This document shows positions 47,806 to 59,119 of a stretch of DNA of 64,000 nt, piece after piece (within the stretch, counting starts at the first letter, position 1; the number at the start of each line of letters is the position of its first letter). The stretch is from positions 64,001 to 128,000 of the forward strand of contig OZ253555.1 of the NCBI GenBank assembly GCA_965262725.1. Reading direction: 5' to 3'. The notes beneath the pieces were generated by a model that had not been told where the DNA came from, ran no database searches, and saw only the letters and a list, made by a program, of their open reading frames with translations. This stretch comes from Dehalococcoidia bacterium. Its GTDB lineage: Bacteria > Chloroflexota > Dehalococcoidia > UBA2979. Position numbers and translations under genes: made by a program.

Positions 47806-50226
47806 TCAGCGCCGTCGACGGAAGAGGTGCAGGTTGGTGGGCTCGTCGACCAGGGCGCCGCTGCGGCGCAACTCGCTGATCGCCTCCCGGCTGAGACCGG
47901 CGACCTCGGCGAGCACCTCGTCGTTGTTCTGCGCAAAGAGGGGCGCCGGCGCGCGCCGCCGGGCGGGGGTGCGCGAGAGGCGCCAGGGGAACCCGTCTCC
48001 CCGTTCGTAGCCGACCTCGGGATGCACGCCCTCGACCCAGTAGCCCCGCTCGGCGAGGTGTGGATCCATGCATACCTCCCAGTTGGCGAGGACGGGAGCA
48101 GCGGGAACGCCGGCCCGCTGGAGCCTGAGCGCTCCCTCCCTGTGGTCCAGCTCCCGACTCCACGACGAGATCGCCTCCTCGATCGGCGCGTGAGCCCCGA
48201 GGCGCGAGCCGACATCGGGGTATCGCTCGGCGAGCTCGGGCTCCCCCAGCTCGGCGCACAGCGCGCGCCACTGCTCGTCCGACTCGATGCCGATCGCCAG
48301 CCAGTCGTCGTGGCCGGCGGAGGGGTAGACACCCTGCGGGGCGATTCGCCACGAGCGGTTCCCGCGGGGCGTCATCGCTCCGTTGCCGAGTCTGTGGTTC
48401 ATCAGCGCCTCGACCATGGAGAGGGCGCCGGCCTCCTGTAGCGAGACGTCGACATGCTGGCCGCGGCCGCTGCGCTCGCGCTCCCAGAGCGCGGCCAGCA
48501 CCGCCGCGGCCGCGAGGGTTCCGGCGACCGGGTCGGCCTGGAAGGATCCCGTGCCGTACAGCTCCTCCGGTCCGTAGCCGGTCTGCGCGACGAGGCCGCT
48601 CGACGCCTCGATGTTGGAGCCCAGCGCCCGGTAGTTCGCCTCGGGCCCCGTGCCTCCGAACGCGGAGAGCGAGCACAGGATGACGCGGTCGTTCTCGCGG
48701 GCGAGCGCCTCGTACGAGAGGCCGAGGTTCGCAAAGACGCGAGGCGAGTTGTTCTCGATCACCACGTCGGCCCAGCGCACGACGCGGAGGAAGGCGTCGC
48801 GGGCCGCCGGCTGGTCGAGATCGAGGGAGATGCTGCGCTTGTTGCGATTCAGCTGGTTGAAGGAGGAGCCGCGGTTGAAGGACCGCGGCCAGGCGGAGGT
48901 CGGGCCGATGAAGCGGCTCTGCCTGGTCGCGAGCCCGCGCGTGCGCTCGACGATCACGACATCGGCGCCCATGTCGGCGAGATGACGTCCGACGAGCGGC
49001 CCCGCCCAGGCGTTCGTGACCTCGACGACGCGGAGGTCGCTGAGGGGCTGACCCCCGGGTGGCCCCGGTGCGGGAGGAGCGCCCCGCGGCCGACGGGAGT
49101 TCCTCGGCGGAGACGGGCCCGCGCCGAGAAGCGGCGCTGCATCTCCCGGCTCACACGCCGAGCGGGAGAAGCGGAGCGGCAGACCCGGGATCTCGAGCCG
49201 GCCCACCAGCGGATGCTCGACCGTCTTCCACCACCGCCTGGCGGCGAGCTGCTCGGACGCAGCGAGATCGGCCGCGGTGCGGACGGGCGCCATCAGCTGC
49301 CCGAGCGCCTGCGCGGACTCGTAGATCTCCTGGGCGGAATGGTCGAGCGCCCAGCTCTCGACGAGGCCGCGTACCTCGGGGATGGCGGCCCGCCACCCCT
49401 CCATCGTCTGGAAGCGCGGGTCGTCCCGGAGCTCGGGTCGGCCGATGAGCAGTAGCACCTCGGCGGTGCTGGGCTGCCAGTGCACCCAGCCGTCGCGGCA
49501 GCGGATGAGGGAGGAGCCCTCCCGCCGCCGGATCTCGCCTTCCTGCTCCCAGGCGGTGGTGAACCAGACCTGGGCCGCGAGCATCGACTCGAACGTCGAG
49601 ACCTCGACGCGCTGTCCGCGACCGCTGCTGCGCGTCTCCCCGAGCGCGAAGAGGCCACCGAGCGCGAGGTGCATCCCGGCGTGGAACTCGCCCTGATGGC
49701 CATGCACCATCAGCGGCTCCCGCGCCGGATCGCCGCAGAAGTAGAGGTATCCGCCCATCGCGTAGTCGACGATCTCCGAGCTCAGCCAGTCCGAGTACGG
49801 CCCGGGCCGGCCGAAGGGCGTGTGCGACACGTAGATGAGCGACGGGGAGTCCGCAGACAGGGAGTCGTAGTCGAGCCCGCGCGCGCCCATCGTGGCCGGC
49901 CCCTGCGACTCGATCAGGATCTCCGCGTCGCGGACGAGCGTCCTCAGGAGTTGCTGGCCGTCTGGCGTGTCGAGGTCCGCCACGACGCTCTCCTTGCCGG
50001 CGTTGAGAGCCAGGTGGAGCCCGCCGCGCTCGGCGTCTGTCTTCGAATCGGCAAAGGGACCGAGCCGCCTCAGGCGCTCGCCGCCCGGCGGCTCGACCTT
50101 GATGACCCTCGCGCCCAGATCGCCGAGGATCCGCGAGGCGACGCCGGCGGCGACGCCCTCCCCGCAGTCGACCACCGTCACATCATCGAGTAGCCGGGCC
50201 GGACCATCGGGAGCCGCTTCGACCAT
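47806..50226 (-). CDS. Double-domain CaiB/BaiF (family III) CoA transferase
   Basis: Two domains: LGARVIKVEP...NAGKES and WAGP...DMGADV...NRNKRS. Confidence 0.95.
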   Translation of the reverse strand: MVEAAPDGPARLLDDVTVVDCGEGVAAGVASRILGDLGARVIKVEPPGGERLRRLGPFADSKTDAERGGLHLALNAGKESVVADLDTPDGQQLLRTLVRDAEILIESQGPATMGARGLDYDSLSADSPSLIYVSHTPFGRPGPYSDWLSSEIVDYAMGGYLYFCGDPAREPLMVHGHQGEFHAGMHLALGGLFALGETRSSGRGQRVEVSTFESMLAAQVWFTTAWEQEGEIRRREGSSLIRCRDGWVHWQPSTAEVLLLIGRPELRDDPRFQTMEGWRAAIPEVRGLVESWALDHSAQEIYESAQALGQLMAPVRTAADLAASEQLAARRWWKTVEHPLVGRLEIPGLPLRFSRSACEPGDAAPLLGAGPSPPRNSRRPRGAPPAPGPPGGQPLSDLRVVEVTNAWAGPLVGRHLADMGADVVIVERTRGLATRQSRFIGPTSAWPRSFNRGSSFNQLNRNKRSISLDLDQPAARDAFLRVVRWADVVIENNSPRVFANLGLSYEALARENDRVILCSLSAFGGTGPEANYRALGSNIEASSGLVAQTGYGPEELYGTGSFQADPVAGTLAAAAVLAALWERERSGRGQHVDVSLQEAGALSMVEALMNHRLGNGAMTPRGNRSWRIAPQGVYPSAGHDDWLAIGIESDEQWRALCAELGEPELAERYPDVGSRLGAHAPIEEAISSWSRELDHREGALRLQRAGVPAAPVLANWEVCMDPHLAERGYWVEGVHPEVGYERGDGFPWRLSRTPARRRAPAPLFAQNNDEVLAEVAGLSREAISELRRSGALVDEPTNLHLFRRRR

Positions 50227-50390
50227 CACGCGCTCCCGAGCTCCCGCGCCGGGTGTATCGGTACAATGCGCGCCGCCCACACGGGGGCATCGGGGGAGCC
50301 GCCCCCGCGTCGCGCCCTGTCAACAACCTCTCGCATGGGGGGAGAGTAGCAGTGGGGAGGCGCCCGACCGCGCCTATACTGGCGCCCGCC

Positions 50391-50873
50391 ATGACGAGTT
50401 CCGAGCGGAGCCGGAAGACCGTCTACCTGGCGAGTCCGTACGGGTTCTCGGCGCAGCAGCGGGAGTTGCTGTTGCCGCCGCTGGTGGCGGCGCTCGAAGG
50501 GCTGGGGCTCGAGGTGTGGGAGCCGTTCGCTCGGAACAATCAGGTGGAGCGTGCGGAGCCCGACTGGGCGTGGGGCATCGGGCAGGCGGACTTCGAGGAC
50601 GTGCGGGAGTCGGACGCGATCGTCGCGGTGGTGAACGGGGTTCCGCCGGACGAGGGAGTAATGGTGGAGCTGGGCATGGCCATCGCCCTGGGGAAGCCCA
50701 CGTTCCTCTTTCGCGACGACTTCCGGCGGGCGACCGACAGCGAGAACTACCCGCTCAACCTGATGCTGTTCACGGGTCTGCCACGCGAGGGGTGGCGGGA
50801 CTGGTACTACGAGTCGGTCGAGGATCTCGCCGACCCGGAGAGGTCGCTCGCGCGCTGGGCGCGCGAGGGGTGA
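50391..50873 (+). CDS. Nucleoside 2-deoxyribosyltransferase family protein
   Basis: VYLASP, DAIVA, PDEGVMVELG, NLML. Confidence 0.92.
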   Translation: MTSSERSRKTVYLASPYGFSAQQRELLLPPLVAALEGLGLEVWEPFARNNQVERAEPDWAWGIGQADFEDVRESDAIVAVVNGVPPDEGVMVELGMAIALGKPTFLFRDDFRRATDSENYPLNLMLFTGLPREGWRDWYYESVEDLADPERSLARWAREG

Positions 50874-51235
50874 CGCCAGAGGGCGTCCGTCGAGCATCCG
50901 GCCTTCGCTCTCGGCGGTGGTGGCCCAGACCTCGATGAACGCAGATGGCCCGGCCGATGAGGTTGGACGTGCGCACCTGCTCCATGCGAGGCGTCCCCGG
51001 CGCCAGCGACCACGGCCATGGCCACCGAGAGGCACAACGCGGCCATCGCGCAGGCACCGGTCGATCCGTCCCGCAGTCCACCCGCCGGCGGTCCCACCGC
51101 CGACATGCACCTCACCGTCCGGGAGTCGCCGCCCGACAGCTGGGCGGGGGCGAGAGTGAGGCGGCGACGCATTGACAAATGGCTTGTCTCGGTGTCTCGT
51201 CCGGCCATGCCCCGCCGCCCGTGAAGGAGAACGCC

Positions 51236-52762
51236 ATGCCAGCCTCCTCGAAGCATCTCGTCTGGCCCGTCAGTGACTTCGGTGTGCGCGTGGGCTGGGA
51301 CGCGGATCAGTCGCCCCCGAGGGCGCAGTACCACACGATCCACATCCCCTACGAGCCTCTGACCACGCCGCGGATCCGTATCGACGAGGAGGGGATCCGC
51401 TACCCGGACGCCCTCGACCTCCAGCCGCGCCTCGCCACCTCGTGGGAGCCGGACGACGGCTATCGCAGCTGGACGATCACGCTGCGCGAGGGCGTCCGCA
51501 GCCACGCGGGCAACGAGCTCACCGCCGAGGATGTGAAGTGGAGCTGGCAACGTACCTACGCGCTCCGCGGCGTCGGCCTCTGGCGCTCCCGCCGCATCGG
51601 CGGCCTCGACAACGCCGACACCGACATCGACGTGCTGGATAAGCGGCGCCTGCGCTTCCGTCTCGCGGGTCCGAACCCGCAGTTCCCCGCATACCTGGTC
51701 TTCGCGACATCGAACATCGTCGACTCGACGGAGGCGCGCGCGCACGCGACCGACGAGGACCCCTGGGCCGCCGAGTGGCTGAGCGATCACGTCGCCGGCT
51801 TCGGGCAGTTCCGGCTCGTCCGCCAGGGCGACGACGCCGTGGAGTTCGCGGCGCGAGATGACCACTGGATGGGTCGGCCGGGCATCGACTCGCTCACGCA
51901 CGTCGCCGTGCCCGACCGCGAGACGGGGCTGAGCATGGTCGCACGGGGCGATGCGAACTTCGCTCCCGGCCTCTACCCGGAGGAACTCTCCCGCTTCGAG
52001 GGGCGACCGGAGTTCACGACGCACCGCGTGCGCGCGAATCACTCGACGCTCGAGTTCAACTGGCTCGAGCCGCCGTTCGACGACCGGAAGGTGCGCCACG
52101 CGGTGCGCGCCGCACTCCCCTACGAGCGCATCCTGCGGCAGGTCTACCACGGCTACGCACGGCCCAGCGTGAGCCCGATCTGCTCGACATCGCAGTTCCA
52201 CGACGCGAGCCTCTGGGAGCCCGTGACCGACCTGGAGCGGGCGCGGGCGCTGATGAAGGAGAGTGGCTACCCGGACGGCTTCGAGACCGAGCTCTGGATC
52301 CCGGAGACGTACGAGTCGCTGCGTTTGGCGTCCATCGTGCAGGAGGCGCTGGGGTCGATCGGCATCCGCGTTCACACTCGCGTCGACATGCCGCGGAAGT
52401 TCGGCGCCATCTACCCGATGTGGTTCCGCGAGGAGTGCGGCCACGCGCTCTACGAGCCGATGTACGACCTGGGTCACGACTACGACCCAGCCCGCGGCGC
52501 CTTCCGCGGCCAGGTCATTCGCAACGAGCGCTGGACGGAGCCGCGCAAGGCGATCCGCCTCGCGGATGCCGCAGAGCAGCCGCGCCTCTACCGCGAGATC
52601 CAGCGCGAGATCCTGGACTTCGCGCCGTGCGTGCACATCGCGGAGATCGACACCGGCTGGGTGCTGCGTGCCGACGTCGACCCGTGGGCGCTCGACCCGG
52701 CGTTCCTCAGCGCGAGCACGACGGTCTGGTCGGCCCATCGCCAGATCATGGGGTGGTGGTAG
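51236..52762 (+). CDS. Family 5 (peptide/nickel) solute-binding protein, no evident signal peptide
   Basis: YEPL...PRLATSW...TLREGVRSHAGNELTAEDVKWS; PPFDDRKVRHA; AAGGAG RBS. Confidence 0.88.
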   Translation: MPASSKHLVWPVSDFGVRVGWDADQSPPRAQYHTIHIPYEPLTTPRIRIDEEGIRYPDALDLQPRLATSWEPDDGYRSWTITLREGVRSHAGNELTAEDVKWSWQRTYALRGVGLWRSRRIGGLDNADTDIDVLDKRRLRFRLAGPNPQFPAYLVFATSNIVDSTEARAHATDEDPWAAEWLSDHVAGFGQFRLVRQGDDAVEFAARDDHWMGRPGIDSLTHVAVPDRETGLSMVARGDANFAPGLYPEELSRFEGRPEFTTHRVRANHSTLEFNWLEPPFDDRKVRHAVRAALPYERILRQVYHGYARPSVSPICSTSQFHDASLWEPVTDLERARALMKESGYPDGFETELWIPETYESLRLASIVQEALGSIGIRVHTRVDMPRKFGAIYPMWFREECGHALYEPMYDLGHDYDPARGAFRGQVIRNERWTEPRKAIRLADAAEQPRLYREIQREILDFAPCVHIAEIDTGWVLRADVDPWALDPAFLSASTTVWSAHRQIMGWW

Positions 52763-52831
52763 CGCATCGGTCCGCGGGGCCTGAGCTGACTGTAGGCAGT
52801 AGCGCACTCAAGTTGGTGGTCGCGCTGTAGT

Positions 52832-52902
52832 AGGTCGATGTCGGCCCAGCGCAGGGCGAGCAGCTCCCGCGCCGTGCTCCCGTCTCGAGCGCGATGTAGC
52901 GC
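52832..52902 (-). pseudogene. Tyrosine integrase fragment (catalytic Arg region)
   Basis: YIALETGARRG/ELLALRWADIDL with a 1-nt frameshift. Confidence 0.75.
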
Positions 52903-53004
52903 CGGTGACTCTGATCGATGAGGGGGCACCGGCCCCGGCCGTCTCTACCGAGGCCCGCTGGGCGAACGCGCCGGACGCCTAGGTGGCGCCACGAATGCGC
53001 AGCG

Positions 53005-53088
53005 AGCCTGCGACTCCGCCCACGAGCCGGCGGGGTCGCCATCGATCGGCGCCGCGATGACTGCGGAGGCGTCGACGACCGGCGTCAC
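53005..53088 (-). pseudogene. PIN/VapC N-terminal fragment
   Basis: VTPVVDASAVIAA.ID...AGSWAES. Confidence 0.55.
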
Positions 53089-54182
53089 CGTCGCGCTGCC
53101 TAGCGGCGAGGCCCGACTGATCCTGCCGCTCGCAACGATTGCGCGGGCCGTCGAGCCGCGGGTGCCGTGGCCGGTGTCGGCGGACTGGCACCGGTCGCCC
53201 GAGGCCGCGTCCATGCTCGCCGGAGGCGCGGCGAAGCTCCTGGCATTCACGGCCGCCCTATCGTGCACCGGCGACAGGTCTGGTCCAGCGGCCCCGGGAG
53301 CGGGTGACCGATGGCGCCTGTCGGCACCCGCGCGGCGTCGAAGCGCGAAGCGCGGCGCTGCGGGTTCGCACGTCCCGCGCGTGGCCCGCTCGGCGCTCTC
53401 GTCGATCGCGGTGGCCTGCACGCTGTCGGAGAATCCCCGCCACCGGGTCCCGCCGTTCCCGCCAGGCCGCCTGCTCGCCCTCCGCAATCGTGTCCGCTCT
53501 TGCGGGTACCGATCCGGAGTGGTGCAGTGCTCGCCAGCGCGAGGGCGCGGCCGCGTGTCAACGCGCGCGCCCGCGGCTGAATCAGCGGACCGCGTCCGTT
53601 GATCGCTACCAAGTCGGGATGAACGAGCGCTGGGACGTGCGTTGGCTCATGCGCGTGCTGCGACAGATGAGCACGCCGACTCGGACTGTGGACGGGAGAT
53701 TCTGTGCTTCTTCGTCTGAGCGCGTGGTGTTTCCGCAACCCCCGCAAGACGGTCGCCGCCTGGATCGTGACCGTGATCGCGGTAGTCGCGGCGGCCGGTG
53801 CCGTGGGTCCCTCGTTCTACGCGGAGCTTGAGGCGCCCGACTCGGACAGCCGCAACGGGTTCGATGTGATCGAGGAGCACTTCGGCGGCCTGGGCGGCGG
53901 ATTCAGCGGCTCCATCGTCTTCCGCTCCGAATCCGGCGTGGACGACCCACAGGTGCGCGAAGCCATGGAGGCGATGTTCCGGGAGGTCGACTCGTACGAG
54001 GGAGTGAGCGTCACCAGCCCGTACCTCGCGACGATACCGATCCCGGAGACGCCCCGGGGGCGCACCCCGCACATGCCCGGCCGGCCACAGGTGAGCGTGG
54101 ACGGTCAGGTCGCGTTCGCTCGCCTTGACCTCGGGCCGGAGCTGGACTTCAACGATACGTCCCGGCTCGGAGGAGAGTTCGT

Positions 54183-55600
54183 AGTAGCGTCCCAGCAAGT
54201 GGTGTCACAGGCGGGGAGACGGTCTCCGCAGGGGGACCTACTACCGACCACGGTGCCCATGCAGGTGGACGTAAGAGACCACCGCATCATCCTTCACGAA
54301 GTTATGACGAACGTGGAGGAGGACGACGGTGGTCAGAGAGAGCGTGGACGTGTTGGAACTGCTCCGCAAGCAGGCATCGGGAGCTGACCTCGATTTCCTG
54401 CGCGAAGCGGTGGCTGTGCTCGCCGAGGCGGTCATGGACCAGGAGGTCTCGGCGCAGGTCGGCGCCGGCTACGGCGAGCGCAGCGAGATGCGCACCACCC
54501 GGCGCAACGGCTACAGGCAAAGACGCTGGGACACGCGGGTGGGCAGCATCGACCTGCAGATCCCGAAGCTCCGCCAGGGGTCCTACTTCCCGGCGCTGCT
54601 CGAGCCCCGGCGCCGCTCAGAGCGCGCCTTGCTAGCCGTCGTCCAGCAAGCGTACGTGGAGGGCGTCTCCACTCGCCGCGTCGACGACCTCGTGCGCTCG
54701 CTCGGCTGCGAGGGCATCTCCAAGAGCCAGGTCTCGCGTATCTGCTCGGAGCTCGACACGGTCGTCACAAGTTTCCTCGGCCGGCCCCTGGACTCCGGCC
54801 CCTACCGATACCTCTGGCTCGACGCGCTCACCCAGCGGGTGCGCGAGGAGGGCCGCATCGCCCAGGTGAGCGTCGTCGTCGCCACCGCGGTCAACGTGGA
54901 GGGGAAGCGCGAGGTGCTGGGCATCGACGTCGGTACCAGCGAGGACGGGGCCTTCTGGCTGGCATTTCTCCGCGGCCTCGTAGCACGAGGGCTCTCCGGC
55001 GTGGAGCTGGTGACCTCCGACGCCCACCAGGGCCTGAGGGGAGCGATCGCGACCGTCTTCGGCGGCGCCTCCTGGCAGCGCTGCCGTACCCACTTCATGC
55101 GGAACCTGCTCACACGCGTGCCGAAGAGCGCCGAGGCGCTGGTGGCGACGACCGTGCGCACCATCTACCAGCAGCCCTCGGCCTCCGAGGTGCACGCCCA
55201 GCACACGCGGGTCGTGGAGCAGCTCGGTGCGCGCTTCCCGCAGGCCGCGGCAATGCTCGCCGACGCCGCGGAGGAGATCCTGGCGTTCACGGCCTTCCCG
55301 GTGGCGCACTGGCGGCAGATCTGGTCGAACAACCCCCAGGAGCGGCTCAACAAGGAGATCCGCCGGCGCACCAACGTGGTCGGCATCTTCCCCAACCGCT
55401 CAGCGGTCATCCGGCTCATCGGTGCGGTGCTCTCCGAGCAGCACGACGAGTGGGCCGTGGGGCGGCGCTACATGACGATGATGACGCTGCTCTCCCCGCC
55501 GGGGAGTGAGCTCACGTCAGGCAAGGAGGTGCTGCTGCAGGCTGCCGGCTAACAAATGATAAGGATGATGCGCAGTGACACCACTTGCCGGGACGTGACC
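54183..55600 (+). mobile_element. IS256-family element (1418 bp)
   Basis: 25 bp imperfect TIRs (..CGTCCC[A/G]GCAAGTGGTGTCA); 8 bp TSD GAGTTCGT at 54175-54182 and 55601-55608. Confidence 0.96.
54329..55552 (+). CDS. IS256 DDE transposase
   Basis: RNGYR, GVSTRRV, YLWLDA, TSDAH, WQRC..H, SNNPQERLNKEIRRR. Confidence 0.96.
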   Translation: MVRESVDVLELLRKQASGADLDFLREAVAVLAEAVMDQEVSAQVGAGYGERSEMRTTRRNGYRQRRWDTRVGSIDLQIPKLRQGSYFPALLEPRRRSERALLAVVQQAYVEGVSTRRVDDLVRSLGCEGISKSQVSRICSELDTVVTSFLGRPLDSGPYRYLWLDALTQRVREEGRIAQVSVVVATAVNVEGKREVLGIDVGTSEDGAFWLAFLRGLVARGLSGVELVTSDAHQGLRGAIATVFGGASWQRCRTHFMRNLLTRVPKSAEALVATTVRTIYQQPSASEVHAQHTRVVEQLGARFPQAAAMLADAAEEILAFTAFPVAHWRQIWSNNPQERLNKEIRRRTNVVGIFPNRSAVIRLIGAVLSEQHDEWAVGRRYMTMMTLLSPPGSELTSGKEVLLQAAG

Positions 55601-57830
55601 GAGTTCGTGCGCATCGCGCCTGATCTGCCCGGGCTGCGGGTGGAGATCGGCGGCGAGGCGCTCAGCGAGTTCGAGCCGCCGCAGTCGGAGTTCATCGGGC
55701 TGGCGTTCGCGGTCGTGGTGCTGATTGTTGCCTTCGGTTCCGTGATGGCGATGGGGTTGCTGATCGCCGTCGCGGTGGCGGGGGTCGGCGTCGGCCTCGC
55801 GCTGGCCGTGATCCTGTCCAACGTGCTGTCGATCCCGGAGTTCGCGACGACGATCGGCGCGATGATCGGGATCGGCGTCGGCATCGACTACGCGCTCTTC
55901 ATTGTGACGCGGTACCGGGACGGCCTGGCCGAAGAGGGGGCCGTGGAGCCCTCCGCGTATCTCGCCTTTGACACGGCCGGTCGGGCGGTGATCTTCGCAG
56001 GACTGACGGTCGTCATCTCGCTGCTCGGCCTGCTGCTCATGGGCCTGCCGTTCATCACGGGGCTCGCCGTTGCGGCAGCGCTCACGGTTGCGGCGACCAT
56101 GGTCGCTTCGGTCACGCTGCTGCCCGCGCTCATGGGCTTCGTGCGCGACCGGATCGAGGTCACGCGGTGGCGCGGGCTCGTCGCGGCGGGACTGGTTGCG
56201 GTAGCGCTGCTGGGCCTCGGACTGGGGTTCCCGCCGCTGCTGCTCGGCGTGCCGCTCGCCGTACTCGTGCTCCTCGCCGGCTTCGTGGTCAGGCCGCTGC
56301 GAGGGATTGTCCCGAGACGCGCCCGCGTGCCGATACAGCAGACGCTCGCCTGGCGGTGGAGTCGATTGGTGCAGTCCCACCCCTGGATCGCGCTCCTCGT
56401 CGGCGCCGCGCTGCTGCTCGCGATGGCCGCGCCGGCGCGGTCGCTGCACCTCGGGTTCGCCGACGACGGCAACTTCCCCGAGGGCACCACGACGCGCCGC
56501 GCCTACGATCTCCTCGCCGAGGGCTTCGGGCCCGGCTTCAACGGACCGCTCATCGTCACGGCTGAAGTACGGGATGCGCAGGATCGCGCGGCCGTGGGGC
56601 CGCTCCTCGCCGCGCTCGGGGCCGCCGATGGCGTCGTGTCCGTGAACGGCCCGCTGCCCAGCGATCTGGCGAACCCCGAGCGCTCGTCGGCGTACCTGGT
56701 GCAGGTGTACGCGGCGACTGCGCCGCAGGACCCGGAGACCGCCGAGCTGGTGGATCGACTGCGCGCCGACGTGCTCCCCGCGGCCGTCGACGGCACCACT
56801 ATGGACGTGAGCGTCACCGGCTTCGTCGCGCTGGGCGTCGACTTCACCAACTACCTGGCGGGGCGCACCCCGGTGTTCTTCGCGGCAGTGCTCGTGGTCT
56901 CGTTCATCCTGCTGATGATCGTGTTCCGGTCGGTGCTGGTGCCGCTCAAGGCCGTGGTCGTGAACCTGCTATCGATCGCCGCTGCCTACGGCGTGGTGGT
57001 GATGGTGTTCCAGCAGGGTTGGCTTGGCTCGTGGGTCGGCGTCGATGCCGGGCCCATCGAGCCGTTCATCCCGATGATGCTGTTCGCGATCGTCTTCGGG
57101 CTCTCCATGGACTACGAGGTGTTCTTGCTCTCCCGCGTGCGCGAGGAGTTCGACCGTAGCGGCGACGCGGTGGCGTCGGTGGCGGACGGGCTCGCGTCGA
57201 CGGCGCGGGTCATCACCGCGGCCGCGGCGATCATGGTGGTCGTCTTCGGCAGTTTCGTGTTCGAGGACAACCGCGCCATCAAGATGTTCGGCCTCGGGCT
57301 CGCCGTCGCCGTGCTGCTCGACGCGACGGTGGTGCGGCTGCTACTGGTGCCGGCTGCTATGGAGCTGATGGGGGCTCGCAACTGGTGGGTGCCTCGCTGG
57401 CTCGACCGCCTGTTGCCCCGCCTGACGATCGATCGCGCCCCGTACTCGAGTCCGTGAGCATGAGCGGCGTTACCTACTCTCGAGGAGCAGGGGGCGATCG
57501 CCACCACCCTCGATAGGGTCGAAGCCGGCACAGATCGGGCTCAGGAGGAGCGCGCAACCAGACACGCGTTGCACGCGTCAGTGGCAGATGAGCTGCTCAC
57601 CGCGCACGTGCGGGTGTGGGTGGGCGAGTCGACGTGGGGTTCTGTGACGCCGGCTCGGGTGTCGCGGGCAAGCACTCACGAGCGTGTACTCGCAGTACAC
57701 GCGTCCGCCAGCGGTGCCGCACCCACCGGCAAGCTCTCCGCCAGCAATGCCGCCGAGGCGGAGCTTGTGGCGGCGTTTGAGGAGACCGGGCCGCCGAGCA
57801 GGGCGGGCGCACGGACCCCGACGTCGTCGC

Positions 57831-58325
57831 CTATTCCTGCGACGGCCTTCGCGCGCGGCCGAGGCCGATCGTCGCCAGGCCAAGCGCCAGCCCGACCGGC
57901 GCGATCGCCAGCGCCGCGGGCACTGGCGCCTGGCCGACGGAGCCGGTCACCACATCCGCAAGGCTCGTGCCGTCATCGGAGTCGTGGCCGTCGCCGTCTG
58001 TGGTCTCCCGGTCATCGGAGCGGTGGTCTGCGGCCGCGTCTGCGTCGAGATTCGCGTCGATGTGCTGCCAGACCCCGAGTGAGGCACTCACGACGGCCAG
58101 AATGGCTACCGCTCGCGCCAGCCGAACCGTCACCGTCGTCTGGCGAACGACGAGGGCCACCAGGGCGACGCTGACGATGCCCAGTGTTATCCACGGCGCC
58201 AGTTGCCAGGTGGTACCCCAGTGGCGCTCGTAGGCGAGCGTCAGGGCGGTGCCCACCACGCCCAGCACCACCAGCAGAAGCAATCCCGTCCGGAGACCTC
58301 CCGCTGCACCGTCCCGTCTCAGCAT
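57831..58325 (-). CDS. Membrane hypothetical protein
   Basis: 4 hydrophobic segments, HW..WQLAPW, acidic/His loop; start uncertain. Confidence 0.65.
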   Translation of the reverse strand: MLRRDGAAGGLRTGLLLLVVLGVVGTALTLAYERHWGTTWQLAPWITLGIVSVALVALVVRQTTVTVRLARAVAILAVVSASLGVWQHIDANLDADAAADHRSDDRETTDGDGHDSDDGTSLADVVTGSVGQAPVPAALAIAPVGLALGLATIGLGRARRPSQE

Positions 58326-58920
58326 TTCGGTCGCGGCAGTGGCGCCAGCGTCATCATGGAGACGATCACGCAGTCGGCTCGGGGTCGAGAGGAACGCGTC
58401 GTCATGGAACCTCCAACGCTGCGAGATGATATCAAGTCCCGAGCCGCGGGAGCGGCCGGGGGCCGATCGGCTCCGCTCGCGCGTCACCGTGGCGGCTGGG
58501 CACCCCGTCTCTAGGATTCACCCCCGCAGCGACGTTCCCACCCGATCGGGGCTGAACCGACCAATCAGGAGATGTACGCAGCCTTCCGAAGCCTCCTCCG
58601 CAAGCTGGTCGACAGGCAGAATCCGACTGCGGCCCTGGCGCGGCAGCTCGCGAGCCCCGAAGGAGACACGCTCGTCTCGGAGCCGATCAGGCGAGTCCCG
58701 CGCAGGCGCCGATAGGACCGCGGGCGCCAGGAGCTGTGGGCCGGAGCCCCCGCGCCGTCTAGCGACCCGGCGGTGGCGACGCCTGTCCGGCGGCGTAAGC
58801 GTCCCCAGCAGACTGCCTCCCCCTACCTCCGCCAGCGCGCACGTGTGCCAGAGGCCGCGAGCGCGCCGCGGCGCTCAGCCTGTCGTCCGCACCCCGCACC
58901 CCGCATCCAAGCGACCGGTA

Positions 58921-59059
58921 TCCTTAACGTGAGTGTCAGTACCCGTCTAAGTCCGCAGCTATGGTGCGCCAGAACAAGACGCACGCCTTCGGCACTACCG
59001 ATGCCCTTAACGTGAGTGTCAATACCAGAACCAGCGTCCTTAACGTGAGCGTTAGTACC
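58921..59059. repeat. Three 22 bp direct repeats with a palindromic core (putative operators)
   Basis: CCTTAACGTGAG[T/C]GT[C/T]A[G/A]TACC with cores at 58925, 59008 and 59041. Confidence 0.85.
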
Positions 59060-59119
59060 ACCGTTATGTTGCACATCAAGGAGACGCTTGTCCATGAGCT
59101 GAATGGCCGTATTACGTGC

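Larger units (their letters stand above)
53704..57457 (+). pseudogene. MMPL/RND-family transporter interrupted by IS256
   Basis: Removing the IS and one TSD restores ...RLGGEFVRIAPDLPG in frame; GVGIDYALF and FGLSMDYEVFL motifs. Confidence 0.92.

Noticed and set aside
58921-59059. Possible mini-CRISPR array
   Set aside because: Only three 22 bp repeats with very unequal spacers (~61 and ~11 bp), and no cas genes in the window.
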